Origin: Octopus bimaculoides
Taxonomy: Eukaryota
Reading direction: 5' to 3'
DNA: 64,000 nucleotides
Assembly: GCF_001194135.2 (NCBI RefSeq)
Contig: NC_068986.1
Coordinates: forward strand, 20,206,192 to 20,270,191
Part shown: piece after piece, positions 1 to 11,498 of the stretch
How positions within the stretch are numbered: the first letter of the stretch is position 1
Layout of the letters: each line of letters starts with the position of its first letter
Translations under genes and position numbers: made by a program
The notes under the pieces: model-generated
Seen by the model: the letters and a program-made list of their open reading frames with translations, nothing else
The model's database searches: none
Told to the model about the DNA's origin: nothing

Positions 1-350
1 CACCATATCACCTCTTTCGCTACAGCCACTAGGCATAGGAAAATTGCCTTGCCCTCCTTGTTAAAGGAGGTCGGCGGGTCAATTCTCACGATGGATTCAG
101 CTGACAGCCGGATCCGTCCTACACGTGACAGTAGCTGTTCGATATAGACCCACAGGTCAGCAATGCTCGGGCACTGGACGAGTGCGTGCAGAACGGTTTC
201 GTCGTCCTGAGCGCACCTCGGGCAGGCCCGGTTGACGGCACTTCCGTGTCGGTAGAGTTTATCTCGAACAGGTAGCGCACCTCGGTAGCACTGCCAGGCG
301 AGGGACCTTTGGAAATTATCCATGGGCCCCGGCCCGACATCGTTGAATTT
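1..350 (-). mobile_element. L1/Tx1-clade LINE ORF2 C-terminal fragment (zinc knuckle), 5'-truncated, continues off the window start
   Basis: Minus frame 323->3 is open: MDNFQRSLAWQCYRGALPVRDKLYRHGSAVNRACPRCAQDDETVLHALVQCPSIADLW...AKEVIW. It contains the C-x2-C-x8-H-x4-C knuckle typical of L1/Tx1 ORF2. GC/CpG-rich, with an abrupt switch to AT-rich DNA at about 345. Confidence 0.85.
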
Positions 351-499
351 TTAAATTTCTGAATTTTTTGTTTTTCTTTTTTCCCCTTCCTTTTCTTTTT
401 ATAAATTTTGATGTGGTCAACAGTTTTTGTAATTTTGCAGTTTGTATATATTGGCAGAAGTTTACCTCCTTAATTCTTTCTTTTTTTTTTATCTAATTG

Positions 500-930
500 T
501 GTTGTTGCAATAAAAGGTATGTTTACATATTCGGGTAGTCAGGGAGAAGAGAAAGATAAAAATGTTCATACAAAATAGTAGTTATTAAAGTTTTTAAGTT
601 TTCTAGAGATGTTCGTTTGTATGTCCAGTTAGAGAAGACAGTAGTGGTTTTGCAATAAAAAGGATGTTTACATTGTCGAATACTCAAGGAGAAAGGAAAG
701 AAAGAAAAGGAGAGTAAAATTATCACAGAAAGTTGTAGATATTAAAGTTTCAAAATTTACTAAAGAGGGTCATTTGTATGTTCGATCAGAGAAGACTGTA
801 GTGTTCTTAGAATAAAAAGGATGTTTACATTTTCAAATACTCAAGGAGAAAGGAAAGGCTAGGTATTCACAAAAGTTGTTGATATTAAAGTTTTTAAAGC
901 TGGTCGTTTGTGTGTTTGAAAACTGTAGAT
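500..930. repeat. Degenerate tandem repeat, about 3 units of 145-160 bp
   Basis: The motif aataaaa(a)gg(t)atgtttaca...ggagaa recurs at about 509, 654 and 811. Confidence 0.7.
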
Positions 931-931
931 A

Positions 932-1329
932 CTCTTTACTCTTTTACTTGTTTCAGTCATTTGACTGTGGCCATGCTGGAGCACCACCTTTTAGTCGAGC
1001 AAATCGACCCCAGGACTTATTCTTTGTAAGCCTAGTACTTATTCTATCGGTCTCTCTTGCCGAACCGCTAGGTTACGTGGACGTAAACACACCAGCATCG
1101 GTTGTCAAGCGATGTTGGAGGGACAAACATAGACATAAAAACATATACGCACACATACATATATATATATATATATACACACACATATATACGACGGGCT
1201 TTTTTCAGTTTCCGTCTACCAAATCCACTCACAAGGCTTTGGTCGGCCCGAGGCTATAGTAGGACTGAACCCGGAACCATGTGGTTCGTAAGCAAGTTAC
1301 TTACCACACAGCCACTCACACGCCTACGC
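932..1329 (-). mobile_element. tRNA-headed SINE, family A
   Basis: Reverse complement of the head GTGGCTGTGTGGTAAG...GGTTCCGGGTTCAG (Pol III A/B-box-like) and the tail ...CAGTCAAATGACTGAAACAAGTAAAAGAG. The same family recurs more than 15 times in the window. Confidence 0.85.
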
Positions 1330-1510
1330 GATATGTAAGTTTATTAACTTATTTTGAGGGTAATTTAAAATACTCACAGGAAATTGTAGCTATTCTAATC
1401 TTTGAAAGTTATTTTCCCGTTGTCCTGCTGGGTCGTATTACGGTTTCTGTGTCTTCCGCTGCTGACTGGCCACAGCAGCGAAGAACACGTCCTGCCGCTT
1501 TCAAGGCTAG

Positions 1511-1995
1511 CGCTATGTACCAAGTAAAGTTATGCAGGAGGATGGAGAAGTAACGATACTCTGGGACTATGATATTCAGACGGATCGTGTGATCGAACAC
1601 CGTCGGTTGGATATGGTTATATTGAAGAGAGACAAATACTGCCAGATCATTGATGCAGCCATACCAAATGACATGAATGTTGTGAGTAAAGAGGTTGGAA
1701 AAATCACCAGTTACTCCGGATTGAGAGTGGAAATGGCAAGACTATATGGAATGCCAGAGGGTAATGTAAAAGTGATAGCAGTGGTGATCGGAGCGTTGGG
1801 CTCAATCCCATTGAAACGTCAAAATTTCTTAAGGCAACTGGAAATCCCATGCAAGACTGATGTCTTGCGAAAAGCAGCCTTATTGGCCACAGCACACATC
1901 TGAAGGAAAGTATTATCTGTCTGAGGTCCTTATTGTGACTTGACAGACGACTAAAGACTCCGGTGCATTTTTACCTACACCGTGTTATGAAGGAG

Positions 1996-2044
<49 letters not shown>
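1511..2044 (+). mobile_element. R4/Dong-clade non-LTR retrotransposon 3' end (restriction-like endonuclease domain) with (TAA)n tail
   Basis: Translates as RYVPSKVMQEDGEVTILWDYDIQTDRVIEHRRLDMVI...IIDAAIPND...KEVGKITSY...VIGALG...KAALLATAHI*RKVLSV*, which matches the RLE consensus ILWD-x-IQTD...RPDIV...IDVAVP...KY...VIGALG...TAHILRKVL. Premature stop at 1901. Short 3'UTR, then (TAA)16 at 1997-2044. Confidence 0.9.
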
Positions 2045-2167
2045 CCATTCTACTGGAAGCACAAGGCCTCAAATTTGGTGGGGGGGGGAACTAGTCGATT
2101 ACATCGACCCCAATGTTTCACTGATACTTAATTTATCAACCCCGAAAGGACGAGAGCCAAAGTCGAC
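2041..2167 (-). mobile_element. SINE family B 3' fragment
   Basis: Reverse complement resembles the family B 3' body (cctttcggggt(c/t)gata..ttaagta...gatgtaatcgactag...aggccttgtgc..tagaa.ggatta). Its (TTA)n tail is the (TAA)n tract at 1997-2044. Confidence 0.75.
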
Positions 2168-3657
2168 TGAAGAAGAAGAAGAAGAAGAGGAGGGGAGGAG
2201 GAGGCATCTGAGAGCAAGATCAAAACTGAGAACAAAAAATAAATCTTCAGCGAGTAGGACAAAAGTAAAATTATTAGTTTAGTTGGGGTGGTCACATCTG
2301 CAGCCAGTTTTGGTGTATTGGTTGCATGGATAAAGAAGAAAAGCAGCAGGTGACAGTATTGGCCAAAAGAAACCTCTGTTCGGCACTGCTGGAGGGAGCA
2401 CTACGGCCAAAACGTATCAAATCCGTTGTTGTTATTAATTTTATTGTTGATATTGATGTTGCTGTTCAGCTCCAGTTCAACCTAAATTCAGCGGACTTAT
2501 GACCAAAGATGCTATAGTGAAAAACCCTACCGTTTTGAAGAGGTATTTAGGACTACATTTCTGTCGTGCCTTCTTCCTTTCCTAAAATGTTAGAGTGTGA
2601 TTTCAGGAATATCTAACTGCTATATCGTGCGGATCGAGTGACCTCCAATTAACTTCCCGGCTAACTCCAGTCGACAGCTAATGATATGAGCTGCAATACA
2701 ATCTCTTTGTAATATATGCATGCGTGTGTGTGTGTGTGTGTGTGTGTGTACACACAGATATACATACATGTACATACACACACGCACACACACACGCGCG
2801 CATAGACGATTAATGAAAAGGGAAAATTAACATGAAATAGCTCTCGTCAGCCAAGGCATTCAGAATCAGCCTAGTTTCAGCACACTTAGATTAAGCCTGG
2901 TTACGTAATCCCATGAAGATACTCCTCTGGATGCTCTAGTGTTGTAAGAATCACTGGGACAGTGGATATTACAAAGAAAAGTCTTAGAACATGAAGAGCA
3001 ACAATATACGGGTGAGCAGGAAAATTAAGGACAAACAGTTACACGTAATATAATTCAACAAGAAACAGAATTAAAACATGTATTGTCATTCTACTTCACA
3101 TCGAAAACAAACAAAGAATACTTGCTTGAATGGAAGAATAGCGATATGACTTTCGATCTTGAAGCTATATGGGAAAAAACATGATAGAAAAGCGGAAAGG
3201 AAGATAATGAGGAGAAAGAAAAAGTGAGAATTAATAAAAGCAGATATCAAAAGTTATTGACAGAGAGGGACAGAAAGAGGTAGGGAGATAAGAAGATATA
3301 AATACGACTTACGTCGGAATATGGACTAAGAACGTGTGAACTAGGCGAAGTCCAACGTGAGAAAGGGCTAATTAATAAGTCAATTAATTAAATTTCACTA
3401 ATTGATATTCTGCAAATTAGAAACATGCTAGCTACAACACATCTGACAGATTCCTTGATTGAGAATTAAATTTATATTAGTGTTTGTATATAAAGACAAT
3501 TTAACATTACACCGAAGGACTATTAGGTAATTTTTAGTAGGGTACGCTAGAAAGTTCACTCGTTTTGGCTGTACTGAGGAAACAACTAATTTCTGTTGGC
3601 TGATCTGAAAATGACAACTGAAGAGACGCGCAGAAAGATTTGCAAAGCATAGATATA

Positions 3658-3866
3658 CGAGTGGGTACTGAAAAGTTCTTGGATTTTTTGTAAAAGAAAA
3701 TACGGGAGAATTATGATTTTATTCAACATATTTCCCTCTCAGATTCACACACTTATTACTGCGGTTCTTCGGCTTTTCTAAGCCCGGTAAAAGAACTCGG
3801 AAGGTTGGGTCTTCAACCAAGCCTTTCGTGAGCGCCTTAAAGTCAGGAACTTTTCAGCACCCTTTG
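3658..3866 (-). mobile_element. Mariner-derived MITE
   Basis: TIRs cgagtgggtactgaaaagttcttgg / tcaggaacttttcagcaccctttg, flanked by TA at 3656-3657 and 3867-3868. The interior encodes NRSNKCVNLRGKYVE* on the minus strand, a mariner transposase C-terminus. Confidence 0.8.
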
Positions 3867-4257
3867 TATATNNNNNNNNNNNNNNNNNNNNNNNNNNNNN
3901 NNNNNNNNNNNNNNNNNNNNNNNNNNNNNNNNNNNNNNNNNNNNNNNNNNNNNNNNNNNNNNNNNNNNNNNNNNNNNNNNNNNNNNNNNNNNNNNNNNNN
4001 NNNNNNNNNNNNNNNNNNNNNNNNNNNNNNNNNNNNNNNNNNNNNNNNNNNNATATATATATATGGTTAGTCGAATGCGACTCTGAGTATCAGCAGAGTA
4101 AAATGTCGCCTTTCATTAAGTAAATTAACATTCCAGTGCTGCAGTACATATTTTATAGTTATTATATTTCATACGTTAAAAACAAGCCAAGCATAAAAAT
4201 AAATAAATAATAAAGTATGCTATAGGAAGTAATATAACCCAGAACAGACGATATAAG

Positions 4258-4452
4258 AAATAATCTTTTCTACTAAAAGCACAAGGCCTGGAATTTGGGT
4301 TGGGGAGTGTGTGCTTGACTGGTACTTAATTCATCGATTCCGAAAGGATGGAAGGCAAAGTCGATTTTGGCGGAATTTGAACTCAGGACCTAAAGGCGAA
4401 CGAAATACTGCAAAACATTTTGCCTGGCGTGCAAACAATTATGCCAGCTCAC
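4258..4452 (-). mobile_element. SINE family B
   Basis: Reverse complement of gagctggca...gagttcaaattccgcc..aatcgactttgccttccatcctttcgg. Further B copies at about 4990-5205, 8530-8660, 14245-14405, 24965-25170, 25930-26070 (all -) and 7490-7605, 33500-33635 (+). Confidence 0.75.
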
Positions 4453-4680
4453 TGCTCTAACAAGGTATGAGATAATACATTACATATTTGCTTACTCACT
4501 CGTTGAGTAGAGCGGTGCAGTGGACGTGTCCTGGACCGATAACCCAAGGAGAGGCATACCATAACTCAGATATCGCAGAGAATAAAGTTGACCAACACCA
4601 ACAGGTATTTTCGCTTAGAGCCATCGATTTCTGCAAACAATATAAATTATATTGAATTCTTTTGGAGCAAGCTTTTCTAT

Positions 4681-4976
4681 GTGGAGGCACATGGCCTAGT
4701 AGCGAGAGCAGTGGTCGAGGGATCGTGGGTTCGAATCTCAGACTGGGCGATGTGTAGGTTTATGAGCAAAACACCTAAGTTCCACGCGGCTCCGGCAGAA
4801 GGTAATGGCGAACTTCTGCTGACTCTTTCGCCACGACTTTCTCTCACTCTTTCCTCCTGCATCTAGCAGCTCATCTGCGACGGACCGGCGTCCCGTCCAG
4901 GTGGGGAACCTATACCCCAATGAAACCGGGAAATCGGCCCTTATGAGCCAGGCATGGCTCGAGAAGGAGCAAACAA
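4681..4976 (+). mobile_element. tRNA-headed SINE, family D, full length with TSD
   Basis: Head gtggaggcacatggcctagt...gggttcgaatctc. Perfect 13-bp TSD caagcttttctat at 4668-4680 and 4977-4989. Confidence 0.9.
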
Positions 4977-5892
4977 CAAGCTTTTCTATAGAATATTTCT
5001 AAAATAGACACAAAGCCTGAAAATCGGGATCGAGAGTTAGTCGGTACTGTCGACCCCAGTATTTGATTGGTACGTTATGTTATCGACCCCGAAAGGATGA
5101 AAAGTAAAATTGACATCGGCTGGATTTGAAACCAGAATGTAAAGAATCAGAAGAAATACCACCAAACATTTTTGTTCGACGCGCAAACGATTCCGTTAGT
5201 TCACTGCCCTGATGACCCCCTTCATCATCACCATCAACCCCTGGGCATTATTGTCTCGGGTCCAGGACTCATAGGGCTGGTTTAACGGTTTCCACGGCGT
5301 ATAAGTGACCCTTTGAACGGGTCTGAAGTCCGTTGTAAGGTTATTCATTTACAGCTGAGAGAACTGGAGCAACGTGTAATGAAGAGTTTTGCTCAAGGAC
5401 ACAACACACCACCTAGTCTTGTCCGAGAATCATAACCGTGGTCTTGTAATCGTGAATGCATCTCCTCACCACCAGACCATGTGTGTTCTCAAATAGGTGG
5501 CTCAATGGTATTTCATTTATCGACCTGCATAGGGCTTGAACTCGGTACCATGAAAACGAAATGAAAATCTATAAAACATTCAGTCCCGGTCCAATCCCTT
5601 GTGTTGTATTGTCTATATTTATTTAAACGATGCCGGTTGCTTTTTTTTCTTTTTTTTATTTCTTTGAGCAAGAGTATAATATCGATTAAATCAACTGCAA
5701 TATATTATTAGCAATTACTTTATTGACTCCTTGAGGAATGAAACGTAATGTCCTTTTCACTAAGACATAAATTAGAAATTAAAAGAACGTAATTCAATTC
5801 TATAACATAATTAGTACGACATTTTACCGTTTATGGCAACGTCTTTGCAAGGTAGCCAGTATGTATTGGTAAATCAATCGATCATATTATAG

Positions 5893-5953
5893 CTTCTTCT
5901 TCTTCTTCTTCTTCTTCTTCTTCTTCTTCTTCTTCTTCTTCTTCTTCTTCTTC
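5893..5953. repeat. (CTT)n microsatellite
   Basis: About 20 perfect CTT units. Confidence 0.95.
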
Positions 5954-6707
5954 TCTCAGACCTGCTGGCCTTGTGCTAAAGTTTGAAACCATTATTACTA
6001 TAGTTATAACCATTATTATAGCCTGGCTTAATGATTTCAATTCCTGACGTGTGGTACGCAATGTAACTGTTCAGACGACATCGATTTGATGAAGAGACCG
6101 AGTTAAAATGAGGCCCAAACACTTGATCACTTTAAACAAATCATTTGTATAGATCGTTTGGCGAAAGCTGAACGCTAATACGTCGTCTTCGATAAATTAA
6201 GTACCAGTCAAGTTGTTTATTTTTTCTCCTTTCACATTGATCGTGTTGTCACCGGGGCATGCTTTGTCGATTATCATACATGTTCTTACTTTTGTATTCA
6301 CCACAGCAATGTCCGGTTTCCGATGTCTCGTCGAGTGATCGCACTGGATCATTGAATCCCACAGGATTTTGCAATTCTCATTTTCGGTGACTCCTTCTGG
6401 AGTTAGCTCATACTACGTCTTTGCTTTTTGTAGGCCGTGACTTCCACAGAGCTCCCAATGGATCACATATATATGCATGTGTGTAAGCATGTATGTGTGT
6501 ATGTATGTAGGTATGTATGTATGTATGTATATGTGTGTGTGTGTTTGTAAGAGAGAGTATGTACTAGCGGTTAGGCAAAAGAGATCGATGGAATAGGTAC
6601 CTAAGTTATTTGTTCAACTAAACCTCTCAAGGCGGTGCCCTAGCATGACCGCAGTCCAATGATTGAAGAATTCAGAAGATAATAGATATTTAACCTGGTG
6701 ATATCAC

Positions 6708-6803
6708 TCTCTTACTCACTCACTCTCTCACTCACTCATTCTCTCACTCACTCACTCACTCTCTCACTCACTCACTCACTCTCTCACTCACTCACTCACT
6801 CAC

Positions 6804-6845
<42 letters not shown>

Positions 6846-6914
6846 ATCTATCTATCTATCTATCTATTTATCTATCCCTCTATCTATCTATCTTTGTCTG
6901 TCTGTCCCTCTCTC

Positions 6915-6959
<45 letters not shown>

Positions 6960-7117
6960 ATCTATCTATCTCTATCTATTTATCTATCTATTTTTGTCTG
7001 CCCATCTCTCTCACTCTGACTCTCTCTCTTTATCTATCTATCTCTGTCTGTCCCTCTCTTTCCCTCCCTCTCTCTTTCCCTCTCCCTCTCTTTCTCCCCC
7101 TCTCTCTCTCTCTCTCA
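6708..7117. repeat. Compound CT-rich microsatellite ((CACT)n/(CT)n/(CTAT)n)
   Basis: Read directly from the sequence. It explains the spurious ORF 6698-7198. Confidence 0.95.
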
Positions 7118-7599
7118 ATGAATAAAACTACTTTCAACTTCATAATTTCTATTGATTTCTTGCATTATAAAAAGGCAGCCGAAGATATTGCATGGTGATC
7201 GATATAGTTGATTGACTTGATTCCAGTATACATCTTGTACTTATTTCAACTTTGTAGAATTCACACTTCTTTCAAAATTCGGTTATTCTGAAATTTCTGC
7301 TGTGAAGGAAAAGCAAATAAGAACATGAACATTATCATTAGATTATCGACTTTCAGTTAAACAGCATTTCACAATATTTGTCGTGTGAATTCTTTATTTA
7401 AGTAATAGATAAATAATCTTTGTGCTATTATTTCTAATCACTTCAGAAGAAGTGATCGAACAGAATCAATAGAAGATCGGAAAAAAAATGTCTTGCAGTA
7501 TTTGTTCTAACTCCTTACATTCTGAGTTCAAATACTACCAAGGTCAACTTTCGAGGTCGATAAATTAAGTACCCTCCCCCAAAATTTCAGTAAAAAGGA

Positions 7600-7635
7600 T
7601 TATTATTATTATCATTATTATTATTATTATTATTA

Positions 7636-7678
<43 letters not shown>

Positions 7679-7722
7679 CATCATTATTATTATTATCATT
7701 ATTATTATCATTATTATTATTA

Positions 7723-7801
<79 letters not shown>

Positions 7802-7815
7802 CATTATTATTATTA

Positions 7816-7846
<31 letters not shown>

Positions 7847-7857
7847 CATTATTATTA

Positions 7858-7939
<82 letters not shown>

Positions 7940-7965
7940 CATTATTATTATCATCATCATCATCA

Positions 7966-8005
<40 letters not shown>

Positions 8006-8031
8006 TACTACTACTACTACTACTACTACTG

Positions 8032-8061
<30 letters not shown>
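7600..8061. repeat. Long (ATT)n microsatellite with ATC interruptions, ending in (ACT)n
   Basis: Read directly from the sequence. It explains the poly-I and poly-N ORFs. Confidence 0.95.
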
Positions 8062-8062
<1 letters not shown>

Positions 8063-8285
8063 CAAGGCGGCGAGGTGGAAGAATCGTTAACACATCGGGG
8101 AAAATGCTTTGTCGCTACGCTCTGAGTTCAAATTCTACCGAGGTCATTTTTGCCTTTCATCCTTTCGGGGTCGATAAATTAAGTGCCAGTGAAACTCTGG
8201 GATTGATGTAATCGACTAGTCCCATTACCCCAAATTTCAGGCCTTGTGCCATTAGTAGAAAGGATTATTATTATTATTATTGTTA
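8062..8285 (+). mobile_element. SINE family B, near full length
   Basis: caaggcggcgaggtggaagaatcgttaac...gagttcaaattc...gcctttcatcctttcggggtcgataaattaagt...aggccttgtgcc..tagaaagg(att)n. Confidence 0.85.
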
Positions 8286-10339
8286 TTGTTATTAAAATGC
8301 CTGTAGTTTGCGATAGAATGACAGAAACAGGGGGGTGTTGAGTTAAATGCCTTGGAGTATTTGATTTTGTGTCTGTTACTGTTGTTAAAATCCTGACTTC
8401 GTTTTTCAGCTGATAAAATACTTCTTTCACCTGATAGAATACTAGTTTACTTCAATCAACTACAAATGAACTTATTGACGCGTACCAAAATTAGAAATTG
8501 GATAATAAGTAGCATAAGTAGTATATGTAAATGGTACTTATTTAATCGACCCCAAAAGAATGAGAGGCAAAGTCGACCCCATCGGAATTCGAACTCAGAA
8601 CGTAAAGACCAAATGTTGTGCCCGACGTGCTAACGATTCTGCCATCTCGCTGGCTTAATAATAATAATAGACCACTACTCAGAGTTGTGGTCTACAATCA
8701 CTTTCAAAAAACGGTGCACAAAATTGATGAGGGAAACTTCATGTACCCCCAAATTTAAATTAACTTCTACATGTATTATACATCATATTTTTAAACTCAT
8801 GCTTTGCATAATAAGACATATCTTCTTTTGTTTGTTTCAGTTATTGAACTGTTGCCATGGTGGCACACCGCCTTCAAGGGTTTTAGTCGAACAAACTGAC
8901 CCAAGTAGTTATTTTAAAATGAAGTGCTTATTCTATCTGTCATTTTTGCTGAACTGCTATTTTACAGGTTGTCAAGTGATGGGGGTGGAGGACAACAAAG
9001 ACACACACACAGATACATATATATATATCTCTGAGCGATAAATAAGTAGTAACAGTACTACTGTGTTACCATCTTTTTTAGCCCCAAGAAAACATATTTT
9101 CCAGCTGGCTATCGATGCACAACTGCGTCCTTGTAAAATCATAAACAGCACACACGAACGATGAACAAAAGCTTTATTTACTGCACATAGTGCTTTCTGT
9201 GTTGGTCTTTGGATGCAAAGTAAAACCAACAATTTGAACACATTGGGAGAGACAAACTCTGGGGTCTATGACAAAATAGCTGGTATGTATCGATCTGTGA
9301 CTAGGCCGTTACAACTGGGGAAATATCGTGCTAAATCCATGATGGCAAATTTGTGTCTTCAATCTGCATGGATGGTGAATAGAAAAAATAAAAAGGGAGT
9401 TGTTAAAGCAACTGCCTCTGCCAAAATCCACCTTTTATAGGACTCATTAGAAAGTTCTAGAAAGTCGAATCATGTGATAGCTTGACGCTGAATGGTCAGT
9501 TAATCGGCTCATCACGTGAAACAATAATGATCTCAGCGTGACATCCGCATGGATGTCCAGCGATTTGGTTTCGAATCTGCTACAGTCCTATGAAATTTGC
9601 CGTTGACTCTCAAAACTTTGGTATGCCTCGTGGAGTGAGGCAGGAGTCCACATTGTCCTGAATCATGTTGTGCATTAGATTGGATTTTTGAACCGGTTTC
9701 GATACGCCCTGAAATCAAAAACCGCCAAGGTCAATCTAACCGTTAATACTTTCGTCACGATGAAATTAAATACTAGTCAAAAACTGTGGTCGATGGCACA
9801 GATTAACCGCCTTCTCTCAAATTTGCTGGCTTTGTACTTATAACCAGAAGTAATTATTAAATTCTCACGAGAAAGATATCGGCTTTAAACAATTACTCAG
9901 TAAAATAGCAATCGCTCTGTTGAGGTTATGAGCTCACTGCAAATCGAATTTGTGATATAATTTCACCTCCATCTTGTTGCTAGCCACTTCATTTATGATA
10001 CTAAATCCCTCAGGAAATGCATGAATGATACCAAATTTCAGTTTCTGAAGTCAATAATCTATAATATCATTCAGCTTCCGTTTCTGCATGTAATCCTATA
10101 ATTATGAAAGGAAATTGAGGACATAAATTATACATTCAACATATTGTATATTATTTAGAAGACAGTTGACTGATAAACTATGGAACAAAATCGATGACAT
10201 AATTTAGTTCAGACACAACATTTATATTATTTACATTATTGGGAAGACAATTGACTGCTGTATGAATATTTTAGATTAAAACACACACAAACATAAACAA
10301 AAACGCGCGCGCGCGCACGCATACATATACATACATACA

Positions 10340-10371
<32 letters not shown>

Positions 10372-10402
10372 GATAGATAGATAGATAGATAGATAGATTT
10401 AT

Positions 10403-10651
10403 GGTGGCGCAATGGCCCAGTGGTTAGGGCAGCGGACTCGCAGTCGTAGGATCGCGGTTTCGATTCCCAGACAAGGCGTTATGAGTGTTTACTGAGCAAA
10501 AGCACCTAAAGCTCCACGAGGCTCCGGCAGGGGGTGGTGGTGGCGAACCCTCCTGTACTCTTTCACACAACTTTCTGTCGCTCTTTCTTCCTGTTTCTGT
10601 TGTACCCAGAACAACATTAAGGGTACACGTGTTCCGTTGAATGGATCAACT
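10403..10651 (+). mobile_element. tRNA-headed SINE, family C (cut by a gap)
   Basis: Head ggtggcgcaatggcccagtggttagggcagcggactcg...gtttcgattcc, followed by a non-tRNA body. A second, full copy lies at about 40006-40385. Confidence 0.85.
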
Positions 10652-11190
10652 NNNNNNNNNNNNNNNNNNNNNNNNNNNNNNNNNNNNNNNNNNNNNNTAT
10701 ATATATATATATATCCCCACTTAAACGTGGATATTCTGTTTAAACAAACTATATTGCGCTAGCTACCTTGAGAGAAACTCTCGTATTGGCTTTTGGTGCA
10801 AAAAACACTCTTCTTTATATCGTTAGTGAGGAGACAAATTCCCGCCACCTCCAGAGACCACCAAATCACGTGATTTCGGTTTTCAGTGATTTTGTCAATG
10901 ATGGACGCTTGACCGCTAGGGACAGCAACAACTCACCTCCTTGCCAGCGCTATATAGGAAAACGGTGCCAGAAGAGGTCCATTGGGCTTGTTTAAAAAAA
11001 TACATATTAGTGAAAGTGGCAGAATTATAAGGGTCACATCGGAGGTGTCTGTATCACATGACCAATCCCAGAGAAATAAGCAGCCAGTGTGTTTATATAT
11101 ACATCAAATCCAGTTGCTACAGAGAACTATATATACACATTTACAGAGTGCATCAAATTTTTGAGGACGCCTGTTTCCTGAATTCGAACG

Positions 11191-11427
11191 TTCTTATTTC
11201 TTATTTCTTTATTGCCCACAAGAGGCTAAACATAGAGGGAACAAACAGGACAGACAAAGGGATTAAGTCGATTACATCGACCCCAGTGCGTAACTGGTAC
11301 TTAATTCATCGATCCAGAAAGGATGAAAGGGAAAGTCGACCTCGGCGGAATTTGAACTCAGAACGTAACGGCAGGCGAAATACCGGTAAGCATTTCGCTC
11401 GGCGTGCTAACGCTTCTGCCAGCTCAA
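11191..11427 (-). mobile_element. SINE family B inserted in the maT 5' region
   Basis: Full head and tail. Candidate TSD cgaac(g/a)ttctt at 11185-11195 and 11428-11438 (10/11 match). Confidence 0.8.
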
Positions 11428-11498
11428 CGAACATTCTTCTAATCATTTTTGCCTTACTTTTCAGATAAATAATGTTAGGCATCAGGTTGACTCTGTAA

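Noticed and set aside
119-340. ORF-track 73-aa minus ORF
   Set aside because: Wrong frame; the real coding frame (323->3) is the Tx1 ORF2 fragment.
6698-8093. Long ORFs (poly-LS, poly-I/V, poly-N/S)
   Set aside because: They are translations of microsatellites.
10403-10475. tRNA-like sequence (also at 4681, 15624, 40006, 46262, 59036)
   Set aside because: A/B-box heads continue into SINE bodies, and I saw no complete cloverleaf with an acceptor stem. These are SINEs, not tRNA genes.
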